A stretch of DNA of 63,785 nucleotides, the filler included, from Phoronis australis (lineage: Eukaryota; Animalia; Phoronida), in NCBI GenBank assembly GCA_002633005.1. It is 5 parts of 5 records of this genome, joined end to end, with 100 filler letters (N's around TTAATTAATTAA, not from the genome) between each part and the next. Parts side by side here need not be neighbours in the genome. Positions count along the whole stretch, not along the records: positions 8,997 to 23,009 come from NMRA01001567.1; 4 more parts are not named here. One strand, written 5' to 3'. Position 1 is the first letter of the stretch; each line of letters starts with the position of its first letter. Below the pieces are notes generated by a model that worked only from the letters and a program-made list of their open reading frames with translations, was not told the DNA's origin and made no database searches. A program made the translations under genes and the position numbers. This document shows, in pieces, positions 10,883 to 23,109 of the stretch.

Positions 10883-13800
10883 TTCTTCGAAAGCTGTTTT
10901 GCGCACTAAAACAATCACCTGGAGTGTATGAGATAATCAATGCGGCACCGCGAAGAAAAACGAAGGAGAGTGTCCTGTGATTGGTTGACGCTTTTTGCGG
11001 ACGATACTCTGACTTTTCACATGCCATAGGGAATAATTATGTGACAACGCTCCATGTGCCACTGTTGATATTTTGTTAAGGAACTAATTACTTTACGGTG
11101 CAATTTTGCAAGCAAAAATTCTTACATAACAGATAAATGTCAATCAAGTTCCATATTCGAGAATCAACTGTGTTATGAGCTTAAATAGAATTTTCTGGTC
11201 AATTACCAAATGCCAACTGCATCACATATTATGCAAAGGATTATTTAGTTGAATCATCAAAATCGGACAATGTTTGACAAGTTAATGTATGCTTTTGTCT
11301 ATGAATTTTATGCATTTTTAGCGTTACGAGTGGCCATTTTGAAATTTCCACTTTTTGAATGCCTACAGTAGAACAGAAATTTATTTTATTAAGTAAGCAA
11401 TTGTTTTGATATGACTTGGAATAACTCGAGTCACTTTCAGAATCACTTAGATGAAGTTGTGCTGATTCATTGAGAAATGGTAGGGTTCACCCTAAAACAG
11501 GAACTCGTTACGAAATTTGTAAATTGTGTGTTTTTAACCCTCGTCTACTGTAAAGAAGGTTAAAAAGTAAAGTTCACGCTTCACAATAAGAAGGACTGCA
11601 GACTACGTTAGCCTAGGCAACACAGCAAATTATTAAATATCTAACTAAACCAAAGGTTTGAATATTGACTGGGTTCTGTTATGTTGAAAAAGGGCCAAAA
11701 AGGCTAAAAATGTAGTGTACGTACCCCTATGTTTACAAATACAATGAAATTAAAATATTACTTGGTAAGTGAGCAACATTGGTCACAGACAGTTTTCTCT
11801 CTTAAAAAATGTTAGGTTAAAAGGGTGTTTATTACAAATACATTTGTTTTGAGTGAAATATTAGCATTTGTGTAGCGTACGTACCCCTATATTTTATCAT
11901 GTGCCTATTTTCAAAGAATGACGGACAGTTATGCACGTGTATGCTGCTGTACTTTTCATTTGTTCTCTTTGAATAGATTTGGTAAATGAACTAAGTCTCA
12001 GTAGATTCTAAGTATTTATTGTATCAACCGGACAAGTCATTGAAATGTACTGAACGTATCCCTGTGCAATGTACCTATCTTCAACCTCGGTGCTATAAAG
12101 TATTGCTCACAAGTATTTTTACATACTGCTGTTCTCATGAACAATACTGATATTTCCAAAATGCATCCAGTCTGACAAAAAAACAATGGACATTATCAAG
12201 TGTGTGTACTATAAAATGCCACACAGGACTTAGCCAGTAACATCCTAGAAGACACGTCATGTGACAACTGATGTTGCATAGTCAGGTACTCTATCTCTCA
12301 AGACAACTTGCTATAAACTATGAAGTAGTGGCAGCACAAAACTCAAGACCATCCCATAAATTTTGTAACGTTGTCAAAATTTGATGTCGATTGGTTGTGG
12401 GTAATTACGTAGTGTACGTACCCCCGACCAGTACCATTTTTACTGTTTACAAGTTGAACACTGGTTTTAACATTGCTTTAACTATTTTGACCAACTGGTG
12501 AATGTGTTAAAAACTAGGCAAATAGCATCTATAAAGTTTTTGAAAAAGATAGTTACTTGTCGTTTTCTTTTTGTAAGAATCATATTGCAAGAGAAAAAAT
12601 TCTCATTACATTGAGTTAAGATATGTAATGCGTCATCATCTAGAACAACTTGAATAGCACGGTAATCATTTTTCTTACTTCAGTGTGTGATACTTCTTCA
12701 ATTTAGTCAAGAGGTTATTACATTCAGAGCTAACTTATGAATTTCGCCTGATAGAAGTGGGTTGTGACCACAAGTTGTAGTGTACGTACCCTTTTATACA
12801 ACTGTGATACATCAGGCCATAAAATTATATTCAAGGGTTCTTGTGCAAAAATATTTTAGATTACAAACCTGGAATGGTGGTACTTGAAAAAAACCCAGCT
12901 TTTGTAATTATATGACATTCTTCATTTTTCACAAAAGTGGCCACCGAATATGGAACTTGATTTTGATTTGTTCGTAAGGTAAAATATATACCGTACGTGT
13001 CCCTGCCGTCAATGTTCTGGGTCTGGCCTAGAAGGCCACATTAAAAGTTAGACCAACAACGTAATACTATTCATAAAACATTTCATTTGTGCTGTCTGCT
13101 AGCCTTGGTTTAAAGCTGTATAATTATACGATGCTGGGATTACGGGCCCAAAGCCTGAAGTGCTGAGTCATCCAAGGCTGATCCTACCCGATGGTAAGGA
13201 GCAAAACTCGGGGTTACTCGTTGTCTTGAGAAAACTGTAGGCCAGCATTTTTGAATAATTAGATTAGTCATTTTTTCACCAAAAATGCAGGGGCAGAAAA
13301 AGCACATTTTTCCTAAGTTCGAGAAATCAACACTCGGAAACCTAAATCGATAGATATCCATAAACCTTTCCACTGCCATAAGTAATGGCGTATATGTATT
13401 GTGCGACCGGTGGTGTCTGATGAAGTGGAAACGTTATGGCGGCCACTACTTTCTTGACTATAGTGCCTTGATCTATGGGTTCGAGTATCGTGTGGCAGGC
13501 CGTGTAATCTAAAATAGCACTAGGAAGCCATGATTTTTTGGATTTTTGGAAAATGTGTCTCTTGTCCCTGTATTTTTGGTGGAAATAGTCACTAAACCAA
13601 TTAACAAAAAGTGCTAGCCTGAGTTACATGGATACGATTTTTATTCGTCTGATCCGGTTGATGTAACATCTTTACAACTGGGTGTTATCATATGTATTGA
13701 ATTTTCTTCAGCAAAAACTTACGTTTGAACAACTTCATATAAATTTTCAATACAGATGTATCAAGGTTATCATATGCCACATTTTCTTACGAATTCGTAC

Positions 13801-13999
13801 GTGAATTGCCGGTAGCCCTTGACATGGACCCTGCCACCTTCAAGCTGGGCGCAAATAAACAAAAATAAAATTGCACATCACCAGTTAAATTTCCATTTCC
13901 ATTCGAACTTTATATAAAAATAACGAATATACAATATCCATCTCCAACAGGGGTCGCTCGTTCCGAGAACAAAGTTTCTCTGGTCCAGCTAGAAAAACT

Positions 14000-15060
14000 G
14001 ACAATTGCACTTTCTCCATCAATGTTCACAATTTCGTTGTCTAATCTCGTCTATCGCACGTACTTGCTCAATACGTCCACATTATATATCCTAAAATTAC
14101 TCTTCCCACAAGATTTACCTATCACTCTGCTGCACTTATGGACCACATTAAATCGTAAATTTTCCTGAACGCTGGAACAGTCTCACACTGGAAGTCTACC
14201 ATCGTCTCTATCTGACCAATGCCCCACGTTTACTGGAACTGGCACAGAAACAAACGATAAAGTGCGAGTACCCAGACACATTAAAACACAAACTCTATTG
14301 AATAAACTGTCAATACATGATCTCAAAAACGAACTTAATAGCCTAAATGACCAACTCATACTCATCGAGGATAATGATGTTTAAGCAAAACAATGTTTTC
14401 TCTCAAACGTTGATTGATTTAATAAACAAATACTAAGCCTCCAAATCCAAAAAAGTCAACAACTAAATGCATGGATAACAAGTGGCATTCTGAAATCAAT
14501 AAAATTAAATACAAGTTGTATAGACAACTTACCTCAACACCTAAACACAGTCACAACTATTTCGCAATATCTAATAATTTTAAATTATGTAGTAACTATT
14601 GGAAACCACAATTAGAGTGCTAAACAAATGTGTGACCATAAGGAATTTACTAAGTTAAACGTTATCAGGAAATTATGGCAGACTATTAAGTCTGTTCTTT
14701 GTAATTCTGATATTAAAGCATACTCCATTATTAAATCTCAAACAGGTTGCACACTCTTAAACAAATTTGACATTGCCAGTGAATTTACTAACAATTTTTG
14801 GCTTCATTACAGTTGGGCCAAAATGTGCTTTCGGCCAACTGTGACAGAGCGCTACGTCATTCAAGGAAGTTTTAAACACGTCATCGCCTCATATTTTCAA
14901 GTTAGTGCACATCGATGAATAAAAAGTAAAAAGAACAATTACATGTAGACCTTTAAAACACACTGCAAGCACGGGACATGACAATACAATCAAAAGATTA
15001 TGCAAGGCGTCTTTTCTAAATCAACTTAGAATGGCAACAGTAATTCTTGTCTTCAAAGCA
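14000..15060 (+). mobile_element. Degenerate CR1/Crack-like LINE ORF2 (endonuclease C-terminus to start of RT)
   Basis: Frameshifted pieces LPTRFTYHSAALMDHI (about 14102), SLSDQCP (SDH motif, about 14204), WITSGILKSIK (about 14472) and QLRMATVILVFK (about 15022) lie in the expected order. Boundaries are approximate. Confidence 0.75.
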
Positions 15061-15241
15061 TCGAAACAGGAACCCCGGTGTAAAACAGATATCCCGGACC
15101 CTGGCTGCGTAGCCTTCCCTTGGAGCAAAAATGTATACTTAATAGACAACAGTTGCACCAATGTGGGTAAAAACTGATCAACTAAAATCTGACACAAAAT
15201 CAGTGTCAGTAAAGACTACACTCTTCCTTGAGTAAACTAGA

Positions 15242-17798
15242 TTATTTAGCCATAAACGTAACCAGTAACTCATCACTGACAATCTGATCCTTCATAAGAG
15301 CGCGCAAAATCTTACGAATTGAACGAATCATCAGTTCCCACACTCCACCTGTATGACTAGCTGCAGGTGGATTGAAATTCCACTGAATAGCACTCTTTAA
15401 CAAATAATCATTAACCTTATCCTGATTCATCAGTGCAATCTCACGCTTAGGCTCCGCATCTGCACCTCTGAAATTGGTACCGTTATCATTGTAGATAATC
15501 TCAGGCAAACTTCTACGACTGATAAATCTAGTCAGTGCACACAAGAAGGAATCAGTACTCAAACTATGACAAACTTCAATATGCACAGCTCTCAAACTTA
15601 AATCAGTGAAAATACAACCAAAACGCTTAGCTCTAGCCCTTCCAACCTTCACCATAAAAGGACCAAAATAGTCTATACCAATATATGCAAATGGTGGCTT
15701 AAACGGTGACACTCTATCCTTAGGCAAAGAGCCCATAATCTGTTCACCAGGACGTGCATTACGTTTGCGACAATCAAAACATTTGCCAACAACGCGTTTA
15801 ACTGCAGAACGGCCTTGTAAAATCCAAAATTTCTGCCTAATAGCAGCCAAAACCATATTGACTCCTGAATGACCTTCCTGTTCATGATAGAAGGAAATGA
15901 CAAAATCAGTTACATAATGCTTATTCGGCAAAATCACAAGATGTCTAGCATCAAAACACACATCAGCATTTTCAATACGACCACACACGCGTAATATACC
16001 TTCTACCAACAGGATTCAGTTTACGAAGGAAACTAGATCTACCAATAATCTTGTTTAATCGTTTAACATGTCGGTGCTGAACATCACCAGACTCAATCTC
16101 CAACAACAGAGACAACTCAAAATACCTGTGATTGTACATGCTTAACAATAATCTCAGAAGCCTTCTGGCGGATTTCAGCAACCTTAAGGTAGCCAGAAGG
16201 ACAAACACTGTCCTTCGTACCAGTACAGCGGAGATACATCTTAAAACGCAATAACCAAGCAATACTTTTCAACAGCTTGTACCACGATGAATAACGCTTA
16301 AACAATCGATCTAGAGGATGATCAACAGCACAGTCAACACCAGTAGAAAACACTTTAACCTCTTTCCTAAGTTCTGGATCATTCTCCGGAATATCACTCA
16401 GTTCACTTGGAGTAAGTGGCCAGCAACTAGGATCAAGCCACAAAAAGTCTGGTCCTCTCAACCACTGCTGAATCTTATCCTGTTCAAACAGTTTCAACCC
16501 ACGAGATGTGTAGTCTGCAGGATTCAAACTACTGCCAACGTGTCTCCACTGAGAAACCTCAGTATGCTCATGAATCAATGATAAACGGTTAGCAACAAAG
16601 ACCTTAAACCTAGACTTCGTATTTCTGATATACTGTAACACAATGGTAGAATCAGTCCAAAAGACAATATCGTCAATCTCAAACTGTATCTCATCTCTAA
16701 CAAAACAAGAAATCCTCACAGCTAAAGCCGCAGCAGATAATTCTAACCTGGAGATAGTCAACCTTTGGAAGGAGCAACACGCGACTTTCCTAAGACGATA
16801 GAACAGAAAACATTACCACAATCGTCCAACAACCGTAAGTAAGTCACAACGCCATACCCTACTTCCGAAGCATCTGAGAAGCAATGTAATTGAACAGAGT
16901 AACTTTCACTTAATCCAACAGGTTTAAAGCAGCGAGGAACACCAATAACACTCAACCTAGAAAAACCGTCTAACCAACCTCTCCACTGCAACAACATATC
17001 GTCAGGTATCAATTCATCCCATCCGAGTTTCAATATGCACAATTTCTGCAAAATCAGTTTACCCGGCAAAATGAATGGAGAAGCCATACCTAGGGGATCA
17101 TACATAGAGCTTACTACTGACAGGATACCTCTTCTTGTAGAAGGAATAGACTTCTCTACAACACGGAAACTAAATGTGTCGCTATCAACATTCCACTGAA
17201 CACCAAGAGCATATTCAACTGACGGAGCCCTCTCACTATCAGGAATGTGAGCAAGAACATTGCGACTGTTACTAACCTACTTAGTGAGATGAAATCCAGC
17301 TCTCGACATCATATCACGCAGCTGTTCAATTAGTTGTAGAGCTCTAGACTCCGAATCAACAGATTTCAACAAATCATCGACATAGAAATTATTACTAACA
17401 GTAGAGCATGTCAAATCATCATACTCGCCTCCGAAATCCTCAACTGTGTGCTTAACACAGCTGGCAACGCATGGAGAAGAAGTTGCACCAAATATGTGGA
17501 CTAACATCTGGTAGTCTACCGGATCTTGAGACAAATCATCATTAGGCCACCACAAAAAGCGTAACGCATTACAGTCATCAGTCCTCACCCGAACTTGATG
17601 AAGCATTGCCTCTATGTCAGCAACCAAAGCCACATGATCCTGCCTAAAACGCATCAAAACACTCACAAGGTCATTAGTCATATCTGGACCCTGTAATAAT
17701 ACATCATTCAGACAGACACCCTTATAATTAGCTGAGCAATCAAATACAACCCTGACCTTTCCAGGTTTCTTAGCTGTCACAACAGGATGATGGGTGAG
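15242..17798 (-). mobile_element. BEL/Pao LTR retrotransposon pol fragment (RT, RNase H, integrase), decayed
   Basis: HHPVV..KVRVVFDCSA, FGATSSP and FYVDD (RT); YDPLG, LHCFSDAS and RLEL (RNase H/Pao); H..GHSG..C..C zinc finger with GIDYFGP, DNGTNF and GGVWE (integrase DDE). Several frameshifts, a W-to-TAG stop at 17277, truncation at both ends and no LTRs seen. Confidence 0.95.
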
Positions 17799-18036
17799 TT
17801 ACTCTTTGTAGTTGATTACTTAATTAACAATAGGTTTCATTTGTCTAATTAGGGGTTATCATATAATTAATTAATTACTGGATTTGATTATTCACTCTCC
17901 ATCTACGCACAACTTCAAAGCATAGCTACCTTTTAAACAAACCCACAGTCAATCGTCTGACACAAATCCTGCCTCGCACAAAAAATCACACCATGAGTGT
18001 ACCACGTATCCTTGCTCATTCTTCTAAGAACGCGGA

Positions 18037-18082
18037 AACACCTGACGATGGCCGGAGAAGAGACCGACCGTAACGTCGTGAC
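18037..18082 (+). ncRNA. Degenerate minimal type I hammerhead ribozyme (Penelope/retrozyme-like terminal repeat relic)
   Basis: CAC-CTGACGA-T-GGCCGG-agaagaga-CCGACC-GTAAC-GTC-GTG. The CUGANGA core, stem II, GUC cleavage triplet and CAC/GTG stem I are present, but GAAA is mutated to GTAA. Confidence 0.5.
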
Positions 18083-18659
18083 AGTGTATATAGACTAGAG
18101 GTCGGTGTAAATAGACCAAGAGATTTTAACAATAGTTGTAAGCGTTTTGTGTGTTTATAACTAAAAAATCGCAAGTCTAAAAGTATAACGCACAGTTATG
18201 TTCTGTCTATATTTCATGGAAGAATGATTCGATTTTTTCACCAAACAGACCCACATTAGAGCGAACAACCCGTTAGTTCAAGAACTCGACGTATCTGTCA
18301 GGGTTTTAAATCGAATTTTGATGATTTGTTGGTGTAAAACGACGAATTCAAGCGATAAGTTGACACCAGTAAGCGTGTTGTGAACGACTGAACAGACTGC
18401 GTTCGAACCGATTACGCCATTGGTTAATTTCAACACCTCCGTCTGCCATCAGGTGTCGGGTAAAACAACTGAACTTGCTGTTATCGCGGAATGGGACTAC
18501 TCGATCTAAATTGATACAAAATGGGTTGTTTTTGGGTGGCATTCTCTTTTAACCACAGTATTGTGTACCAATACAAAAGGTGTGCTTGACAAGTTTAATC
18601 GGGCGTGACTCTAGATAAGATGGTGATAGTGGAAATATGTTTATTTTTACACTCCACGT

Positions 18660-18811
18660 TGGGCCCAGTTGCATAAAAGTTATACGCCGTATAGCAACAA
18701 TGACGTCGCATTATCACGCGTCACGTTGTATTGTTGAACAATAGACCATGACCACATGCAACAATCAAACTTATCCAGCGGATAATTTTGAACTTTTATG
18801 CAACCCAGCCC
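18660..18811. mobile_element. PIF/Harbinger-like MITE
   Basis: TGGGCCCAGTTGCATAAAAGTT is inverted to AACTTTTATGCAACCCAGCCCA; about 150 bp long. Confidence 0.6.
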
Positions 18812-20383
18812 AAGAATGGTGCGTAATGGGCTCCAGCGGACAAGGTGAGTGTCGGTTGACACCCTGATTTTGCATGCGCCCCTGTCGGTTTATAGCTGAG
18901 AAAACTGATATAAGTTTCGCAACGATTGAGAGGTGACGAGCAGAACTTCCATGTCTGTGTGAAACTGATTCGGGCTCAACACACAGTGGCACTGGCACTT
19001 AGCTATATTTTGACCATAGTCTTCATACATCTAGCTGGCTGGCTAGACCCTGGGATTAATCAACGTCACAGGGACGAAAAACAAAAACTAGGTTGTGTGA
19101 ATATGCACATACAGGTTGAAATGATGACTAGCACAGCCATTGACCTATATCTCTTTAAGCTGTACAGCCTCAGTGACGTCACAAAAACAGCGCTCGCAGT
19201 GAGGCTTTATGGACTATTTTTTACAAGTAAAAAAGAAAAATACTGTGCACTATGGAAGAAGATGTGAATGTCACTAACTAACCTTTATACTAAAATGTTG
19301 AAACACGTAATCATGTCTTACAGTTCTGTAGACGAGAGGCCTTTACCTAATGGACTAAATACATAATAAGCTTAACTTAAAGTCCTTCTTGCAAACTGCG
19401 CATGTGGTTCCAGTATCCGAAAATACTTACTACATAAATTCTTATTTTCGACACCCTTTCTTTATATTCTTTTCGCCTTTCTTGCCAAAAGCGATTATTT
19501 AACAGTATTTGACCCTTCTATCTGAGCGTATGATTACCGGTTGTCATCGGTTATTTCCGTACCCACATTTCCGGCTCATCAGTTCAGGAACTTGTCCTGA
19601 ACGCCGCCATTTTTTCCTTGTAACTGAATGTGCTATGGCTTGCTCGAAAAGACTTCATTATTTTGTATTATTAGTAATATATCGTGATTCGTTTGCATAT
19701 ATAGTGTATTTATAGTTTGTAGTTTGTGGTCGTTGATTTTTTTGGAATGTTACGCGTACTTAGTATGTTAAAATAGCATTGGTGTTTAGTTCCTTATATA
19801 GGCCGGTCGAACCTAGGAACCAATATGGGTCGAACCTATTTTTTCGGTTTAGTTTTTCCTTCCTCGTTTTGAAAAAGTACTTTGCTATCATCGAAAAAGT
19901 ATCAAAATCGGGGCAAGCACTGTAAAGTTATTGCAAGTTTTGTGGCGAAATTTGGGTCACTTTGTTTGGATCGCGTCGGCCATATTGGAAGACAACGAGA
20001 TAAGTTACGAGTTTAAAACTTTGTGTAAATTGTTTTCGCCAACAAATTACGGTGACATTTAGTTAGACATATCTTTACTTTCAATTCTGCACGATTTAGC
20101 AGTGTTCACCAAATTTCAGCCTCGCAGTTGTTACTCATTAAGTGATAAATGTGCTCACAATTCATGTTGGACTTCGTCTCATTTCTGGCGGCACCTACAA
20201 TGTCGACTTTTGCTGAACTGAAAGGCATGTTCAATCGGCTACTTTGTAATTTGTGAAGATTTAACGTTGATACATTTTGACAAACATTGCTACAAAAAAG
20301 AAACTTTGTTCAATTTTCGTGTTTTATGTGTTTGTGCATGGCCAGCGACCAGAGTTAGGCCTAAGGGTAGTCTTGGCGTAAAG

Positions 20384-20538
20384 CTGCCTCCCGTTCAGTA
20401 ACGCTAGGACATCGCTAAAAAGCAAGACTTCGCGAGAGTACGCGAGATTTCGCCGTGTATTTTGAATTAGAACACGTGACTTTGACTAGGTTTTAGCTAG
20501 GTCCTAGCGTAGGTCCTAGCGTCTACTGAACGCACGCC
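20384..20538. mobile_element. Short MITE
   Basis: CGTTCAGTAACGCTAGGAC is inverted to GTCCTAGCGTCTACTGAACG. Confidence 0.55.
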
Positions 20539-21766
20539 TGTATAGGCCTACTAACAAGCTGTATTTTGACTATAGTCTTCACTGGTTGCTGGTGACTGAG
20601 GCTAACTAAGGTCTGCCGCGGCAGTGTTACACAGGACTAACCAGCCCGTAATTTCATGCAAGTATCTGAAACTACCCTTGAATATATGCAGCATTTATCA
20701 TTTGACCATTTTACTTCGACAAAACAGCTTGCAACCGCATGCATTTACCGTTTGCCAGTGTCTGGTCTCGATCCGCACGGGTCCGATAGGCTGCGGTCCC
20801 GAGTCTGGCAAAATAATTTCTGTCAAAATTTATTCGCCACATTTCTTTAGCAAATTCCATAAAATTGTCCGTAGTTTGATTTTATCAAAATTAAGGCGCG
20901 CTGTCGATTTTTTATCGCCGTTTGCTGGCTGGTAACAGTACAGGCACTGCTCCAGTCGCACTGACGGCGTTTTCTCGGCCTGGGTTCCTGAATGAATTGT
21001 ACTTCCAGGTTCGCGGCAAATTCAAAATGGCGGTGTTTCTTCGGGTGCGAATCGTGAGTTGCGCGTTCATTTAAACTGTTTTCGAGTACGGATCGTGTAC
21101 GGATCATGTTATTTGGTAGGTACTTTTTGAATCCTTATAACATCTTCTAACCATGTAATAAGGGTTAACAACGCGTGAGAGAAGGACTTTAATTTATCTC
21201 ATCGCCTTCACCCACGGTATAGCCTCAGTGACGTCAGACGCGCGTTAGCCCTCGCTGGTTCCCTGTTCGCCGCTAGGTGGGGCGGTAGCCGCGCCAGCTG
21301 GTACGTGCTGGCTAGGCACGTAGGGGACCCGTGACCAGCGAGGCGTTAGCCAAAAGAAATTAACATTGGAAAAACTTTTTGTATAAAAATGCGAACAAAG
21401 ATGTGGTTTCTGTTATAGACTTCATTAAGTAAACTAAATTACATTAGGCGAAGGCAACCTTTTTTCATGTCACTTTTAGCAAAAATAAGGTTCGTTGGTT
21501 ATCCCAGACATATTTTACACTTAACTGTAATTTTTGTAATTTAATTAATTACTTGTCCTCTACTCCGGAAGTGACGTTTTGGTAGGCAAGAATTTCGCGC
21601 CAATTTGGATCCGCGTTGAGTTTAGTGTGAGGATCTGTACTACTTTTGTTTTCGGGCTGTTTTTCTAAAATTGTCACCACTTCCCATCGACGAGTTTTCT
21701 ACGACAAACCAGGTTGTTAGAGAACCCAATTACGTTGGATTTAGGGATTCTTTAGTTTGGCGGAAA

Positions 21767-21935
21767 ATGTCTGGAGTCGGCGACCCATATCACAGTGACA
21801 GTAGTGACGTGAGTAACGGAGACATTGTTCATATAGCAGCGGTGACGAGGAATTTTTTCTCGGACAGTCAGTGGGTGGATATACTTTGTATGTTTGAGCC
21901 CGAGTATAATGAGGCAGAATATGCACAGGCACAAC
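21767..21935 (+). pseudogene. Possible N-terminus of a KolX / P2X7-C-terminal-like transposon accessory protein
   Basis: MSGVGDPYHSDSSD...ILCMFEPEYNEAE resembles the acidic start and PYxFEPE motif I recall from this family. The Cys-rich core is missing. Confidence 0.35.
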
Positions 21936-21944
21936 TGTCCCTCT

Positions 21945-22455
21945 TGCCCCAGTGTCGCGCGACACACTCCCAACTGGATGGTGACCTGAGCACCCAAACG
22001 GCTTACATCCCGCATTGTGACTCCCTCGCCACACACCTGCCACTTTCTAAATAGCTCCAATACTTTAGTTCTCAATAACCTTATCAAAGTTTGGCTCACA
22101 GGTCTGTTCGTTGGACGACGAACTGTCCTCTTCACTGGGTGTCGAACTGGGCCTGTATTCACTCCCACAACTCAACAGCGCTGCAGGGCTGCTTACAGAA
22201 ACAACAGCACAGGGTGAATCACTGCTAGTTCCAAGAACTGCACGCTCTGTTCGTTCGGAGGACGGGTGACAGTAGATGAAGTGCCTCCAGTTACTGTAGT
22301 GGCCATAGCTCGCGACGCTTCTCTCTTCAAAAACGCACCTCTCGGGGGAAGCGACGGAGAACTGCCGGGAACCAACAGCTACAGTATCGCACCCTTCTTT
22401 AAGCGTTGTTTCGCAGGGACCTTCATCAATTCAGCGTACATATCCCTCTCGTAAA
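21945..22455 (-). pseudogene. THAP-domain transposase remnant (Kolobok-like)
   Basis: FYERDMYAELMKVPAKQRLKKGAIL*LL...PRGAFLKREASR matches a THAP C-terminus with a decayed AVPTIF box. After a frameshift comes KVLELFRKWQVCG...GAQVTIQLGVC, a decayed zinc-ribbon-like motif. Confidence 0.55.
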
Positions 22456-22467
22456 AAAATTGTAATC

Positions 22468-23009
22468 CGACCCCCAAATAGTAAAGTGCACTTGGACGCT
22501 TTTTGCCTACCTAAAATAACTCTCAAAAACATTGATGAAATTTGGACACTTCCCAAAGAAATTTTCATTTCAAATGACAATAAATGCATTGCTTTTTGAC
22601 TTCGGTACAAGATTTGTTGTTTATAGTCACTAACAGGGGATCAAAAAGGAATTAATTCATTAAACCAAGGTAAACGCATTCCTCATGGATTTGATTGCTG
22701 GTTTCTGAATTACATGTTTATGTATCTACGAAAGTGGGTTGATTGAGAGATGATTGTTTGACAATTAGAAGCTAATCTGGTAAGAAATGACAATACTTCA
22801 ATGAACTTAATTGCAGGCCGACATTGGAAATATTCGATCTATCATCAGATCCCCAAATATAAATGTACACTAAACGATTTTGTCTATCTAAAAAAGGCTC
22901 AAGGAAGTTGATGAATTTCGGACAGCTCAACAGTGTGTACTAACATGTTCCCACAATTCAAATGACAACAAATTTTATTTTGGCTTAGGAATTAGATTGC
23001 TGGGTTTAA
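22468..23009. repeat. Diverged tandem repeat, about 380-bp period
   Basis: CCCCAAATA...GCAC..ACG.TTTTG.CTA.CTAAAA...GATGAA.TT.GGACA...TTCAAATGACA occurs at about 22470 and about 22850. Confidence 0.55.
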
Positions 23010-23109
23010 NNNNNNNNNNNNNNNNNNNNNNNNNNNNNNNNNNNNNNNNNNNNTTAATTAATTAANNNNNNNNNNNNNNNNNNNNNNNNNNNNNNNNNNN
23101 NNNNNNNNN
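23010..23109. other. Artificial contig linker
   Basis: 44 N + TTAATTAATTAA + 44 N. Confidence 0.97.

Noticed and set aside
10710-10931. Antisense ORF over the GPCR (similar antisense ORFs overlie the BEL pol and LRAT regions)
   Set aside because: Shadow frames of real coding sequence on the other strand.
11711-13005. CRISPR interpretation of the dispersed motif
   Set aside because: The spacing is 160-370 bp and irregular, and the repeat is too short. Kept only as a motif array.
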